The notes beneath the pieces were generated by a model. The model saw only the letters and a program-made list of their open reading frames with translations, was not told the DNA's origin and ran no database searches. Positions 29,253-38,175 of a stretch of DNA of 64,000 nt are shown one piece after another; position 1 is the stretch's first letter; each line of letters starts with the position of its first letter. The stretch lies in the IMG/VR virus record IMGVR_UViG_3300022305_000561; one strand, 5' to 3'. Origin of the DNA: a virus. Taxonomy: Duplodnaviria > Caudoviricetes. The position numbers and the translations under genes were made by a program.

Positions 29253-30219
29253 TTTGTATCTCCTGTATCATATTATTAAAAATTTGTGTAGTTTCGATAT
29301 CACTCATATCAGATCTAATTATAAACAATTTATAACCACTTGTCAATGCTAAATTATTTCTTCTTTGATCTATTAAATATTTCTCTGTATATGTTTTGTT
29401 TATGATCTGCATATTTGTGTTTGGGTGATTAACAAATTGCTCATATGATGGATGCCAGAAAGCACCATCATATTCAAATATTATTTTTAGATTTGAGTGA
29501 ACTATAGCAAAATCATAACTATGACAAATATTATCTACTATAAGTTTAAGTTCGTTCTTTCCATCCATTCCATATAAACAGTATTGAAGATACTGTTGTG
29601 GTATAAACGGTAAGATTCTTTTAATCCATTGTATGCATTCTTTTGATGACGAGCATGGTATAGTAGGAAATAAGGATCTTTTATACATTGCATATCTTTC
29701 TTCCCAATCTTCTGGATATTTTGTTTTAAAAACATCTATCGTTTTACAAGAACCATATCTTTCTATTTTTGTCGCTTTTGATTTGGCGTTTTTGATATTA
29801 TTTTGGTGTTGTAGTTCTTCTGTCGATAGTTTCATTCTATTAGTTTTTTTGGTATTTGCAGATTTTTTATATTTTTCATTTACTTTAATAGAACCCTCTT
29901 CTTCTCCATATTTTTCTTTGATTTGCTTAACTGTATTTTTCTTTGAAATAGTTTCAGTATAACGAATGAAGCCGTCTTCTTTACCATATAATCTTTCAAA
30001 ATTATCTAAGGTATGTGCAGATTTTCCTGCATGATTTAGAAATCTCTCTTCTCCATCATGAGGATATTTCCACATAAACCATTCTTTAGTCAACCGTTGA
30101 TAGGGTGCTGATTCGTATGTTTTTTTCTTTTTTAGTTCGCGAAGCCAAATTTGTTCACCCTTTATGTTACCGTGTTTTTCTGTGTAATGATCTTTTGATT
30201 TAACTGAATAGGTAACCAT
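29236..30219 (-). CDS. putative homing endonuclease (Vsr/DUF559-like)
   Basis: KYGEEEG repeats; C-terminal YDF..IFEYDGAFWH..D..R..GY.L.II. Confidence 0.75.
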   Translation of the reverse strand: MVTYSVKSKDHYTEKHGNIKGEQIWLRELKKKKTYESAPYQRLTKEWFMWKYPHDGEERFLNHAGKSAHTLDNFERLYGKEDGFIRYTETISKKNTVKQIKEKYGEEEGSIKVNEKYKKSANTKKTNRMKLSTEELQHQNNIKNAKSKATKIERYGSCKTIDVFKTKYPEDWEERYAMYKRSLFPTIPCSSSKECIQWIKRILPFIPQQYLQYCLYGMDGKNELKLIVDNICHSYDFAIVHSNLKIIFEYDGAFWHPSYEQFVNHPNTNMQIINKTYTEKYLIDQRRNNLALTSGYKLFIIRSDMSDIETTQIFNNMIQEIQNVFFD

Positions 30220-30268
30220 GTATATCTCCTAAAAATAGTATTTATACACGGTTACTCTTTAGGCAATA

Positions 30269-31048
30269 TTACCTATTCTTCTCATCAGACCATATGTAAG
30301 TATGGTTTCTTGTTGCTATTTTAAATCCTAGTTGCTGGTACTTCTCAACAATAGGGGCTATTTGTAACTGATCTTCTCTGGTTGTACCTAAAGGCATCAC
30401 CCAATATTCATAATCTATAATACTATTATACTTTAGTTTCTCTACAAAGTAAAGAAGTTCTGTTTCACACTCTTCAGAAGCATCTGCTACAAACTTCAGT
30501 TGACCAGAAAATGAATTTAATATGCTTGTGATATTATCAATATTAACTGCGTTCTTTTCTCCACTAACAGATTCTAACTTTGGACTGATAGAGAAGAATG
30601 GTCTAATGCTGTAAGGGTTATCGTCTAACCAATTAACGAACTCTTTTGTTAAAACTTGAGTTCCATTAGTTTCTATAGTGAAATTTACATATGAATTATC
30701 TAATGAGAACATAGTCACCACTTCTTGTATCATCTTATGATACTTTTTAAGAAGAGGTTCGCCTCCTGTAAAAACTAGATGAATATCATTACCAGTCAAT
30801 GGATGAACTAACGATCCAACTGGATTGTATTTATCTGTTATTAAAGATTTCAGTTTTGTATACACTTCCTCAGAGGTATATGTGTCGTGGGAATTTTTAT
30901 ACTCACCATTCCACGAATACTCTGTATCACAAGGAAATCCTGGACACTTTAGATTGCATCCAAATGTTCTTACCCAAAGACTGGGAGTGCCTGCATAATG
31001 ACCTTCACCCTGCATACTAAAAAATAGTTCTGATAATCTATATTGCAT
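30269..31048 (-). CDS. queE: 7-carboxy-7-deazaguanine synthase (radical SAM)
   Basis: ELFFSMQGEG, R.FGCNLKCPGFPCDT, TGGEP, IETNGT, SISPK. Confidence 0.92.
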   Translation of the reverse strand: MQYRLSELFFSMQGEGHYAGTPSLWVRTFGCNLKCPGFPCDTEYSWNGEYKNSHDTYTSEEVYTKLKSLITDKYNPVGSLVHPLTGNDIHLVFTGGEPLLKKYHKMIQEVVTMFSLDNSYVNFTIETNGTQVLTKEFVNWLDDNPYSIRPFFSISPKLESVSGEKNAVNIDNITSILNSFSGQLKFVADASEECETELLYFVEKLKYNSIIDYEYWVMPLGTTREDQLQIAPIVEKYQQLGFKIATRNHTYIWSDEKNR

Positions 31049-31098
31049 AATTCACCTTCGTTTTTATTATATAAACTATTATAACACACATATACTCA

Positions 31099-31548
31099 TT
31101 AGTCAACAAATGATTCCCAAGGATATATGATCCAAACTGGGTTTATTCGTTTATCTATTTTCCAATAGTAAAAATCTGAAGCAATCCTACTTGCTTTGTT
31201 ATAAGTAAGAGTTGCAACTCTTACTTCAGATGTTGATATGTGCCAGTTATGCAGTATCCAGTGTAGAGTCTCCCCCGTATCATTTATCTCATCAACAATA
31301 AGGATATTCTTACCATACTTAGTATGGATATCATCCATATCTAAAGTTTCTTGTATAGCACCATCACGAAGTTGAACAGTAACGATCTTACAAGGTACGT
31401 TAGATAGCTTACTAAACAAAGTAGCAGGTATTGAACCTCCATTAGCGATACCTATAATAACATCAGGAACCCAGTTTGTTTGTTGTATCTGTCCATATAT
31501 GTCTTTTATTGACGTTTCTATATCTTCCCAATCATAATACGTTTTCAA
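31099..31548 (-). CDS. type I purine phosphoribosyltransferase
   Basis: IGIANGG, ILIVDEINDTGET PRPP loop, WIIYPWE. Confidence 0.9.
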   Translation of the reverse strand: MKTYYDWEDIETSIKDIYGQIQQTNWVPDVIIGIANGGSIPATLFSKLSNVPCKIVTVQLRDGAIQETLDMDDIHTKYGKNILIVDEINDTGETLHWILHNWHISTSEVRVATLTYNKASRIASDFYYWKIDKRINPVWIIYPWESFVD

Positions 31549-32102
31549 AACTTAAACCCCGATGTGTCTTTCTTTTCTTTAGGTGTATAAGATGGAGTTG
31601 GTGCAGCTAATCCAGCTTGAGCTGAGTTCTCAACATCAAATATTCTCATCTTGTTTCTATCAATACCAACTACAAATTTCTTATAATAACTTGGATCGTT
31701 GTAACGATTCTTCAACTGCTTAATCATTATCTGCCCTAACTCCTCAAGTTCTTCTGTTGATATCAAAGCCAACATCAAATCACAAGTTTGAGGTAAACCT
31801 ATAGAGTTTTTAGTCAGAATATCGTTACAATAAAATAGATTATCGCCAGTAACTGTAATATCAATAGTTTGTAATATTCCAACGTCTTCTATAGAAATAA
31901 TCTCATCATTATAATCAATAAGTTTATCCGACAGTTCCGATTTTAACTGCCGCTCATCCTCTATTGTAAATAATAAATCTGTTAGCTCAAATAAAGTCAT
32001 ATCATTAGTTTGGTGGATGTATTCTTTTTCTTTTAGATATATCGCTTTTTTAAAACACTTTTCATATAAAGCTGGATTTTGTTCATAGTTTGGTTGATTC
32101 AT
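31545..32102 (-). CDS. 41: gp41 helicase fragment 3 (C-intein 2 plus C-extein)
   Basis: DEIISIEDVG..TIDITV..LFYCNDILTKN/SIGLPQTCD..KQLKNRY. Confidence 0.9.
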   Translation of the reverse strand: MNQPNYEQNPALYEKCFKKAIYLKEKEYIHQTNDMTLFELTDLLFTIEDERQLKSELSDKLIDYNDEIISIEDVGILQTIDITVTGDNLFYCNDILTKNSIGLPQTCDLMLALISTEELEELGQIMIKQLKNRYNDPSYYKKFVVGIDRNKMRIFDVENSAQAGLAAPTPSYTPKEKKDTSGFKF

Positions 32103-33159
32103 ATTGAGTCCATAATTTAGTAATAAGTTCTTTATATTCTTGCAATTTTGTTTTTTTATCGTCATCTGACCATATAATATTATACATCATACCTCTATCT
32201 TCTGCTATAGATTGCTTATATTCGTCCGATAGTAAAGAAGATTGGTAATCATTAAATGGATTTTTCCAATCTTCTATTTTTCTAGCATGCCATAAAATTC
32301 CATGATACTCTATTATAACACCTATCTTCTGAATAGTAAAATCATAAAAAAAACCCTGATTAGTTAATTTAGAATTATCCCTTATAAAAAATTCCTTAGA
32401 TCCAGTTACACCAAAATATATACTGTCTCTAGGGATACCTAATTTCCTACAGAACTTATACAATGGAATAAAAAACCTTATAGATTCCTTAGAGACATAA
32501 CCCCCAGTTCTTCTACTATCCATACCTGCAAGTAAAGATTCCGTTCTAGTTTTATTACAAGAAATATATTTTTTTAGTCCTTTTTCTTCACCATGTCTCA
32601 ATATAAACCCATCGAGTGATTGTGACATATTCGCTAAATATGGTATCCTAAGAATCTCAGCTTCTTCGAGGGTATACCCATTTTTAATCCAATAGTCTAT
32701 AGAAAATTTTAACTTCTCAGAGTGGTTATCATAACTCAATTTAGTTCGTTTTTTGGCATTTTTAGATTGTATATCGAATACTTTAGAAATAGCGTCGGGT
32801 TCCGACATACCTTTGGATATCCAATAGTCCTTTGAGAACCCATTGTATCTATTTTCCGAAACAGGCCTAACCTTTAGTTTATTTTCATATATTATTAACC
32901 CTTCTTTACCATACCTCAATAGTATTTTATCTTTATGTTTTGTTATACTTTTATATTTTTTATATAACATAATATGATCTATATCATAAATTTTATATAA
33001 ATCATATAATATCCTTGCTGTACCAAAAATACTACCTTTTGATGTTTCCTTGTCTATTATCGTAAGGAGATCCTTCATAAAAAGGTCTATCTTATCTTTA
33101 GGTAGATTATCAAGTATATTAGTTATTATGGTAGATTCTTGCCAAGTGGTTTTTCTCAT
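32083..33159 (-). CDS. free-standing endonuclease (Vsr/DUF559-like) between the halves of gp41 split intein 2
   Basis: YW..KG repeats; FYDF..IIEYHG..WH..D..K; late promoter at 33189-33196 (-). Confidence 0.8.
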   Translation of the reverse strand: MRKTTWQESTIITNILDNLPKDKIDLFMKDLLTIIDKETSKGSIFGTARILYDLYKIYDIDHIMLYKKYKSITKHKDKILLRYGKEGLIIYENKLKVRPVSENRYNGFSKDYWISKGMSEPDAISKVFDIQSKNAKKRTKLSYDNHSEKLKFSIDYWIKNGYTLEEAEILRIPYLANMSQSLDGFILRHGEEKGLKKYISCNKTRTESLLAGMDSRRTGGYVSKESIRFFIPLYKFCRKLGIPRDSIYFGVTGSKEFFIRDNSKLTNQGFFYDFTIQKIGVIIEYHGILWHARKIEDWKNPFNDYQSSLLSDEYKQSIAEDRGMMYNIIWSDDDKKTKLQEYKELITKLWTQYESTKL

Positions 33160-33225
33160 ACATGTATTCCTATGTTTGTGTGTATTACTATTTATAAGAA
33201 TTGGTATTTACCACAAACATAGTGA

Positions 33226-34398
33226 TTAATAAGATTTTAATCTATTACCGACGTTTAGACCCAGGTTAACAGATAATCTACCTAAATCTGAAGGGAATAT
33301 ATGATCTTTAGATACAGTGATACTCTTCCCACTCTTTAAGGTAATACAAACACATTCCTTAGGTTGCTCGTGGTGCACAAACATAGTAGTTTTAAATACA
33401 TCATTGGCTGTAATCCTATCTCCAGGGATTATATCGCCTATTCGCTTTATAGTGCCATCTATTAATTTAACCTTCTCATCCACCCAGATACATTCTGAAG
33501 TATTTGTTAAATCTAAATCTGAACTATTGATACCCTCACGATTAGACTGAGTTGCAGATACTAATGGTACATTATACTCAACTGCTAAACCTCTTAGTTC
33601 TTCTGCAATAGACTTGACATAGGTGTAACTATTAACACCAGCCCCAAACTTCATTCTCTGAGACGCACAGATGTTAAGATAATCAACAAAGATGATGTCT
33701 GGGACAAACTCTTTCTTAGATTTCAGTTCTTCAATCAAAGCTCTAAAGTGACCTGTATGAGCTGAAGCAGTTGGATATTCCTTGATGATTAGAGTACCAT
33801 GCGCTTTCTTTCTCAGCTTTTGAATACGACTTTCAAATATACTCTTATCGACAGTTTTGATTTCAGACATGCCTAGATTCAATAGATTAACATCTATTCT
33901 TTCTGCAATACGTTCTTCTGCCATTTCCATTGTAATATATAACACATTCTTTGTTTGGGCTAACGATGCTGCTGCCATATGACACATTACTAAAGATTTA
34001 CCAACACCAGTATTGTGTGATGAAACTCCATTAGTATAATATCTATGGTTATCGTGGTCTACTTGAATATCAACAATAGGTATCCTATTACCAGTCTTTA
34101 CTACATTTCCTTGAATAAGTATGTTCCCTTCTGTTAGATATAACTCATTAGGAATGTCGATTAAGTCTTTAGCATATTGCCAACCTTTATCAGTTTCAAA
34201 TAGATGGTTTTCATTTACCTTAACCTGTATTCCTGAATCCAAAGTAAGAATATATTCATCCCACTCTCCTTTATCAACAAATAAAGATACTGGAACATAA
34301 CCATCGGGTGAAGTCACTTCTATCTCATATCTAGAAGCTAATAACATATCAATATCTCCTATCGATATTTCTTGTTCTTCCCATTCGCTATTAATCAT
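33226..34398 (-). CDS. 41: gp41 helicase fragment 2 (C-intein 1, helicase core, N-intein 2)
   Basis: ..YYTNGVSSHN/TGVGKS; YITMEMAEE; IFVDYL; SATQ.NR; TSE/CIWVD..SKDHIF. Confidence 0.93.
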   Translation of the reverse strand: MINSEWEEQEISIGDIDMLLASRYEIEVTSPDGYVPVSLFVDKGEWDEYILTLDSGIQVKVNENHLFETDKGWQYAKDLIDIPNELYLTEGNILIQGNVVKTGNRIPIVDIQVDHDNHRYYTNGVSSHNTGVGKSLVMCHMAAASLAQTKNVLYITMEMAEERIAERIDVNLLNLGMSEIKTVDKSIFESRIQKLRKKAHGTLIIKEYPTASAHTGHFRALIEELKSKKEFVPDIIFVDYLNICASQRMKFGAGVNSYTYVKSIAEELRGLAVEYNVPLVSATQSNREGINSSDLDLTNTSECIWVDEKVKLIDGTIKRIGDIIPGDRITANDVFKTTMFVHHEQPKECVCITLKSGKSITVSKDHIFPSDLGRLSVNLGLNVGNRLKSY

Positions 34399-34473
34399 AA
34401 AATCTCCAATAATAAAGTTATATTATACTAAACCAAATGCTTCTAGGTATTTTCCAGAATTAAAACAGTATTT

Positions 34474-35112
34474 CTAATCAATAACCCTCTTTCTCATCCT
34501 GATTCTAATCTTAGTATCAGGATGAACGCATCCAGCCAAAAATATGTTAAGGCTTTTCCTCGACAGACCGCCCGAAGTTATGCGGTTGAGTATATCAATA
34601 TCAAACGGAATCTTTTCCTCAACTCTACGATAAAAGTCAAACCTAGAGTCTGCATCATTAAAGTAATCATGTCCAACATTTGTATCAAAGCAAATACTTA
34701 ATGCCTCAGATAACAGATTAGGAATTGCCTCTTGGGTATGTACCTTATCCTTACCTTCAATGATTTGAATTGAATCAAGGATTGCAATATAAACTGCTCG
34801 TTGCTTACAGAAACCTTCAGTGTGTTCTAATAACCAACCTTGATCAATGTCATTATGTGATAAGGATTCAACTAAGGTTTGAGCCTGAGTTAGCTCAGTT
34901 GCATTGATATCCCTACGATTAGAAATCTCAATTGATAAGATTTCAGGTGTTGCTAGTTTGGTAAAGGTTTCAAAGAACTTAAGGATTTCCTCTGATACAA
35001 TAGATTCAATTCTATCTGCAAAGTATTCTTTCTTTAGAAACGGAATGACCTTCCTTGAATACTCTTCATCGTGGATAAGGTTAGAAAGAATTGTAGTTTC
35101 AATTCTGGACAT
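34474..35112 (-). CDS. 41: gp41 helicase fragment 1 with 18-aa N-intein
   Basis: gp41 N-terminus (IETTILSNL..VGHDYF..KIPF) ending LNIFLAG/CVHPDTKIRIRMRKRVID*. Confidence 0.9.
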   Translation of the reverse strand: MSRIETTILSNLIHDEEYSRKVIPFLKKEYFADRIESIVSEEILKFFETFTKLATPEILSIEISNRRDINATELTQAQTLVESLSHNDIDQGWLLEHTEGFCKQRAVYIAILDSIQIIEGKDKVHTQEAIPNLLSEALSICFDTNVGHDYFNDADSRFDFYRRVEEKIPFDIDILNRITSGGLSRKSLNIFLAGCVHPDTKIRIRMRKRVID

Positions 35113-35396
35113 TAAATACCACCCGAAAATACTGTTTCTCTGTTCTTAAGTGAATCTTCTAAAATCTCAACTAGAATATCACCAATGGTATTCTTAAAAT
35201 TCTTAGATGTTGTATCACCAGCTGATACATGAACCGTATAATCAAAACTTAGAGTTGGTTCATCTGGATCTGGAAACTCAACCTTACCATATGAAAATAC
35301 AGCACCCTTAAACTCTCCTTCCATTATAGAAATGGCAAGAACTTTCTCACCCTCTACATCATAATAATCAATCACTTCATACATAACATTCTCCAC
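35112..35396 (-). CDS. hypothetical protein, at the position of T4 gp40
   Basis: Lies between uvsX and 41; synteny only. Confidence 0.55.
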   Translation of the reverse strand: MENVMYEVIDYYDVEGEKVLAISIMEGEFKGAVFSYGKVEFPDPDEPTLSFDYTVHVSAGDTTSKNFKNTIGDILVEILEDSLKNRETVFSGGI

Positions 35397-35456
35397 TTAA
35401 ATTATTAAACATAACATATTATACTATTTTTCGACTAAAAAGTAAAGATAAAATTT

Positions 35457-35527
35457 CTACAGTTTTCAATTATTATAAATAGTAATGAAACAAAAAATGC
35501 CAATCACGAGTTTACGATACCCTATAA
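35457..35527 (+). repeat. degenerate ORF-less copy of the endonuclease-leader module
   Basis: CTACAGTTTTCAATTATTATAAATAGTAATGAAACAAAAAATGCCAATCACG, nearly identical to 38050-38101; 3' hairpin arm decayed. Confidence 0.8.
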
Positions 35528-35528
35528 T

Positions 35529-36146
35529 CTATTCTACTTTATCAAGTTCTTCTTCAATATCTTCATCAACAACTTTATCTAGTTCGGCAGTTATTGATTC
35601 GTCAGTTAATAGTTGACCAGTCGCTAACGTATATCTTTCCCTAACCCACGATAAGAATGTTTTATCTGATAAGATAGGCAACCAGAAGTCTTTGGTATCT
35701 GTATCTTTGATACGATATTTCTTTTCTTGTATTTCGCCAGATAATACATCAACCTTAGAATACCATCCATTTGAGGGTTTTATGACATGACCAGATTCCA
35801 AAGCCATTTCGAGCAATCCAGACCATGTGCTAATACCACCTTCAAACTTCACAGTGATTGGAATTTTAGACTTTTCTCTAACGTGTCTAGACTTCTCAAC
35901 ATTAATGATGAAACTATATCCTGATACTTCTGTTCCTTCTTTTTCTTGTTGTCTGCCTATAATGTAAATATTATCGGCGCTTAGGTAGACCCCAGTTCCA
36001 CCACTCACGATAGGTTTACTGTAGAGCTCTTGGGTATTATGAGAAATGATACCATTACTTAAAACATAATCGTGGGTTGGTGTTTCTATATCATAAACAT
36101 ATTCTTTTCGTGAATTAAATTTAATAGACTTAATCATCATTTTCAT
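35529..36146 (-). CDS. uvsX: UvsX recombinase C-fragment with 37-aa C-intein
   Basis: IKSI..VYDIET..YVLSNGIISHN/TQELY..VSGGTG..KSR. Confidence 0.92.
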   Translation of the reverse strand: MKMMIKSIKFNSRKEYVYDIETPTHDYVLSNGIISHNTQELYSKPIVSGGTGVYLSADNIYIIGRQQEKEGTEVSGYSFIINVEKSRHVREKSKIPITVKFEGGISTWSGLLEMALESGHVIKPSNGWYSKVDVLSGEIQEKKYRIKDTDTKDFWLPILSDKTFLSWVRERYTLATGQLLTDESITAELDKVVDEDIEEELDKVE

Positions 36147-36901
36147 TTTTTCTTACTCCTACAATTATCAAAATGCCAGCGACCGCTAGCAACAATCATC
36201 TTACAATGGGGGCATTCTCTTTTTTCATGTTTCCAAGTTAAACCAAATGTTGGATTATTTTCACCTTTCCTAGAACCTATCTTAGAAGTTCTTTCGGCAT
36301 AATCCATAGATTTTACCGAATTTATCCTACGAGCTTCTTGTTCTGTTGTAAAGTTATTTCTAACGGTTTTCATGGAAACTGATTTATGATACCAATCAGT
36401 TTCCTTTAAAATATCAAAACAATCATTCATCTCAGCAAAAAATTTTAAACTGTTTCTAATATTAGATAAAGTGAGACCAATCCCCTTTCTTATATCTGGA
36501 GAAGATATCTTCTCTTTTGTGTACATTTCCCAAATACGAGTAGTTTGTGCGATATAATCATCAAATCCATATTTTCTAGCCCATCTATCTTTAATGGATA
36601 TTCCAATATTTTTAGCAAAGGCTCTTCTTATCCAACCGTAACTCTTATTTGATTGCCTCCCAAACCTATTTGAACACATCATCGTACAAGCATAAATCAA
36701 TTTAGAAATATCTGGGTTGATTTTAACCAATAATAAATGTGCCAAATAGTGTTCTTCTGGAGTCAACCTAACTAAATTATCGAGGGTATCTGCTCCGCCC
36801 ATACAAGTTGGTAATATATGATGTACTTCAACATACCCATCTATATGTGATCGTAAAATACCCCTATTGATTAAACGGTTATAATGTTTTAAATAATTCA
36901 T
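36143..36901 (-). CDS. HNH homing endonuclease between the UvsX split-intein halves
   Basis: EVHHILP..GG..NLVRLTPEEHYLAHLLL; C-terminal CPHC..RWHFDNC. Confidence 0.9.
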   Translation of the reverse strand: MNYLKHYNRLINRGILRSHIDGYVEVHHILPTCMGGADTLDNLVRLTPEEHYLAHLLLVKINPDISKLIYACTMMCSNRFGRQSNKSYGWIRRAFAKNIGISIKDRWARKYGFDDYIAQTTRIWEMYTKEKISSPDIRKGIGLTLSNIRNSLKFFAEMNDCFDILKETDWYHKSVSMKTVRNNFTTEQEARRINSVKSMDYAERTSKIGSRKGENNPTFGLTWKHEKRECPHCKMIVASGRWHFDNCRSKKK

Positions 36902-36950
36902 ATTCTTACCTATGTTATGTATATATGAACTATTTATATATTTTAAACTT

Positions 36951-37805
36951 TCAGATAATATCTAAATACATACCCTCATGTAAATCCTCCACTAACACCC
37001 ATTCACCATTCACCTTAAATTTATGTCCCGATGTAAAAGAAAGCGTTGACCCATCTTCCATTTCAATATCAGTAACAAATGCCTCATCATACTTAAATTT
37101 ATTTAAAACTGGCTCAAATCCATTGGTGGTTAATACATTACACCCAACCTCGATATCTTTTAATGATAATGGTCCAGTTTCTGTCGTCACCATCATATCT
37201 TTAGTACCGCACATATAGATATGGTTAACAGCTACCATAGGAATGTCAAACTTCACTAGGTATGGAGTTATCATCCTAAAGATAGACTTCATTTGCTTTG
37301 CTCTTGACATATCTGTAACAGATTTACCATCCTTTGCATCATCAATTTCTTTCTTACTTGACATATTACCCAAGGAATCTACTAAGAATATGATTTTATC
37401 GCCTTTCGTTATGTTCTCTAAATGATTAATAGCATCTAACTTGAATTCTTCCATATTCATAATTGGAGTATGTAGAATTCTCGACTTGTCCATATTCAAT
37501 GAATCAAAATATGATTCAGGTGTTCCAAACTCACAATCATAGAATACCATAATAGATTCTGGATACTTGTCCATATAGGCTTTTGCCAGGATCAAACAGA
37601 AGAAACTCTTAAAGTGTTTTGAGTTACCACAAAACAAAGTAAGCCCAGGAGTTAATCCACCATCTAATCTTCCCGAAAGAGCTACATTCAATGCTGGGAT
37701 TGGTGTTGGGATCATATCTTTTTTCGTAAAGAATTTAGAAACTGCCAATGTGGAAGTTTCTTTGATGGTACTATTTTTCTTCATTCTTGCTAATAACTCA
37801 CTCAT
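36951..37805 (-). CDS. uvsX: UvsX recombinase N-fragment with 86-aa N-intein
   Basis: LNVALSG..G.SKHFKS, YDCEFG, DSLGN, NHIYM/CGTKD..TSGHKF. Confidence 0.92.
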   Translation of the reverse strand: MSELLARMKKNSTIKETSTLAVSKFFTKKDMIPTPIPALNVALSGRLDGGLTPGLTLFCGNSKHFKSFFCLILAKAYMDKYPESIMVFYDCEFGTPESYFDSLNMDKSRILHTPIMNMEEFKLDAINHLENITKGDKIIFLVDSLGNMSSKKEIDDAKDGKSVTDMSRAKQMKSIFRMITPYLVKFDIPMVAVNHIYMCGTKDMMVTTETGPLSLKDIEVGCNVLTTNGFEPVLNKFKYDEAFVTDIEMEDGSTLSFTSGHKFKVNGEWVLVEDLHEGMYLDII

Positions 37806-37869
37806 ATTATCACCTTTATTATTGTTATGATACAACTATTATAACCCCAAATTGGATAAAAGTAAAGAC

Positions 37870-38046
37870 TTATTTTTCTTCCCATAAACCCATCGGTCCA
37901 AATCTATTCCTAAGTTCTTCTAGATTGGCTGGTTGTCTAGAAACATTGGCATCATTCCAATGGCTCTGTTGGTGCTGATTGAACTGGGTTTTGAGGATCC
38001 AATTATAACAGAAAGGGCATTGATATTCAAGTTTATACGGATTCAT
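37870..38046 (-). CDS. C2H2 zinc-finger micro-protein (58 aa), divergent from leader copy C
   Basis: MNPYKLEYQCPFCYNWILKTQFNQHQQSHW..LEELRNRFGPMGLWEEK; paralog at 57185. Confidence 0.7.
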   Translation of the reverse strand: MNPYKLEYQCPFCYNWILKTQFNQHQQSHWNDANVSRQPANLEELRNRFGPMGLWEEK

Positions 38047-38053
38047 AATCTAC

Positions 38054-38175
38054 AGTTTCCAATTCTTATAAATAGTAATGAAACAAAAAATGCCAATCAC
38101 GGGTTTCTGACACCCTATTGGCTCTAATCATTCTTTCAATAATCAAGGACTATTATGACCAGCAACGATATTTAT
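38054..38175 (+). repeat. conserved endonuclease-leader module, copy C
   Basis: AGTTTCCAATTCT-TATAAATA; hairpin GCCAAT-CAC-GGGT..ACCC-T-ATTGGC (38092-38122); TCTAATCATTCT; ATGACCAGC. Confidence 0.9.
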
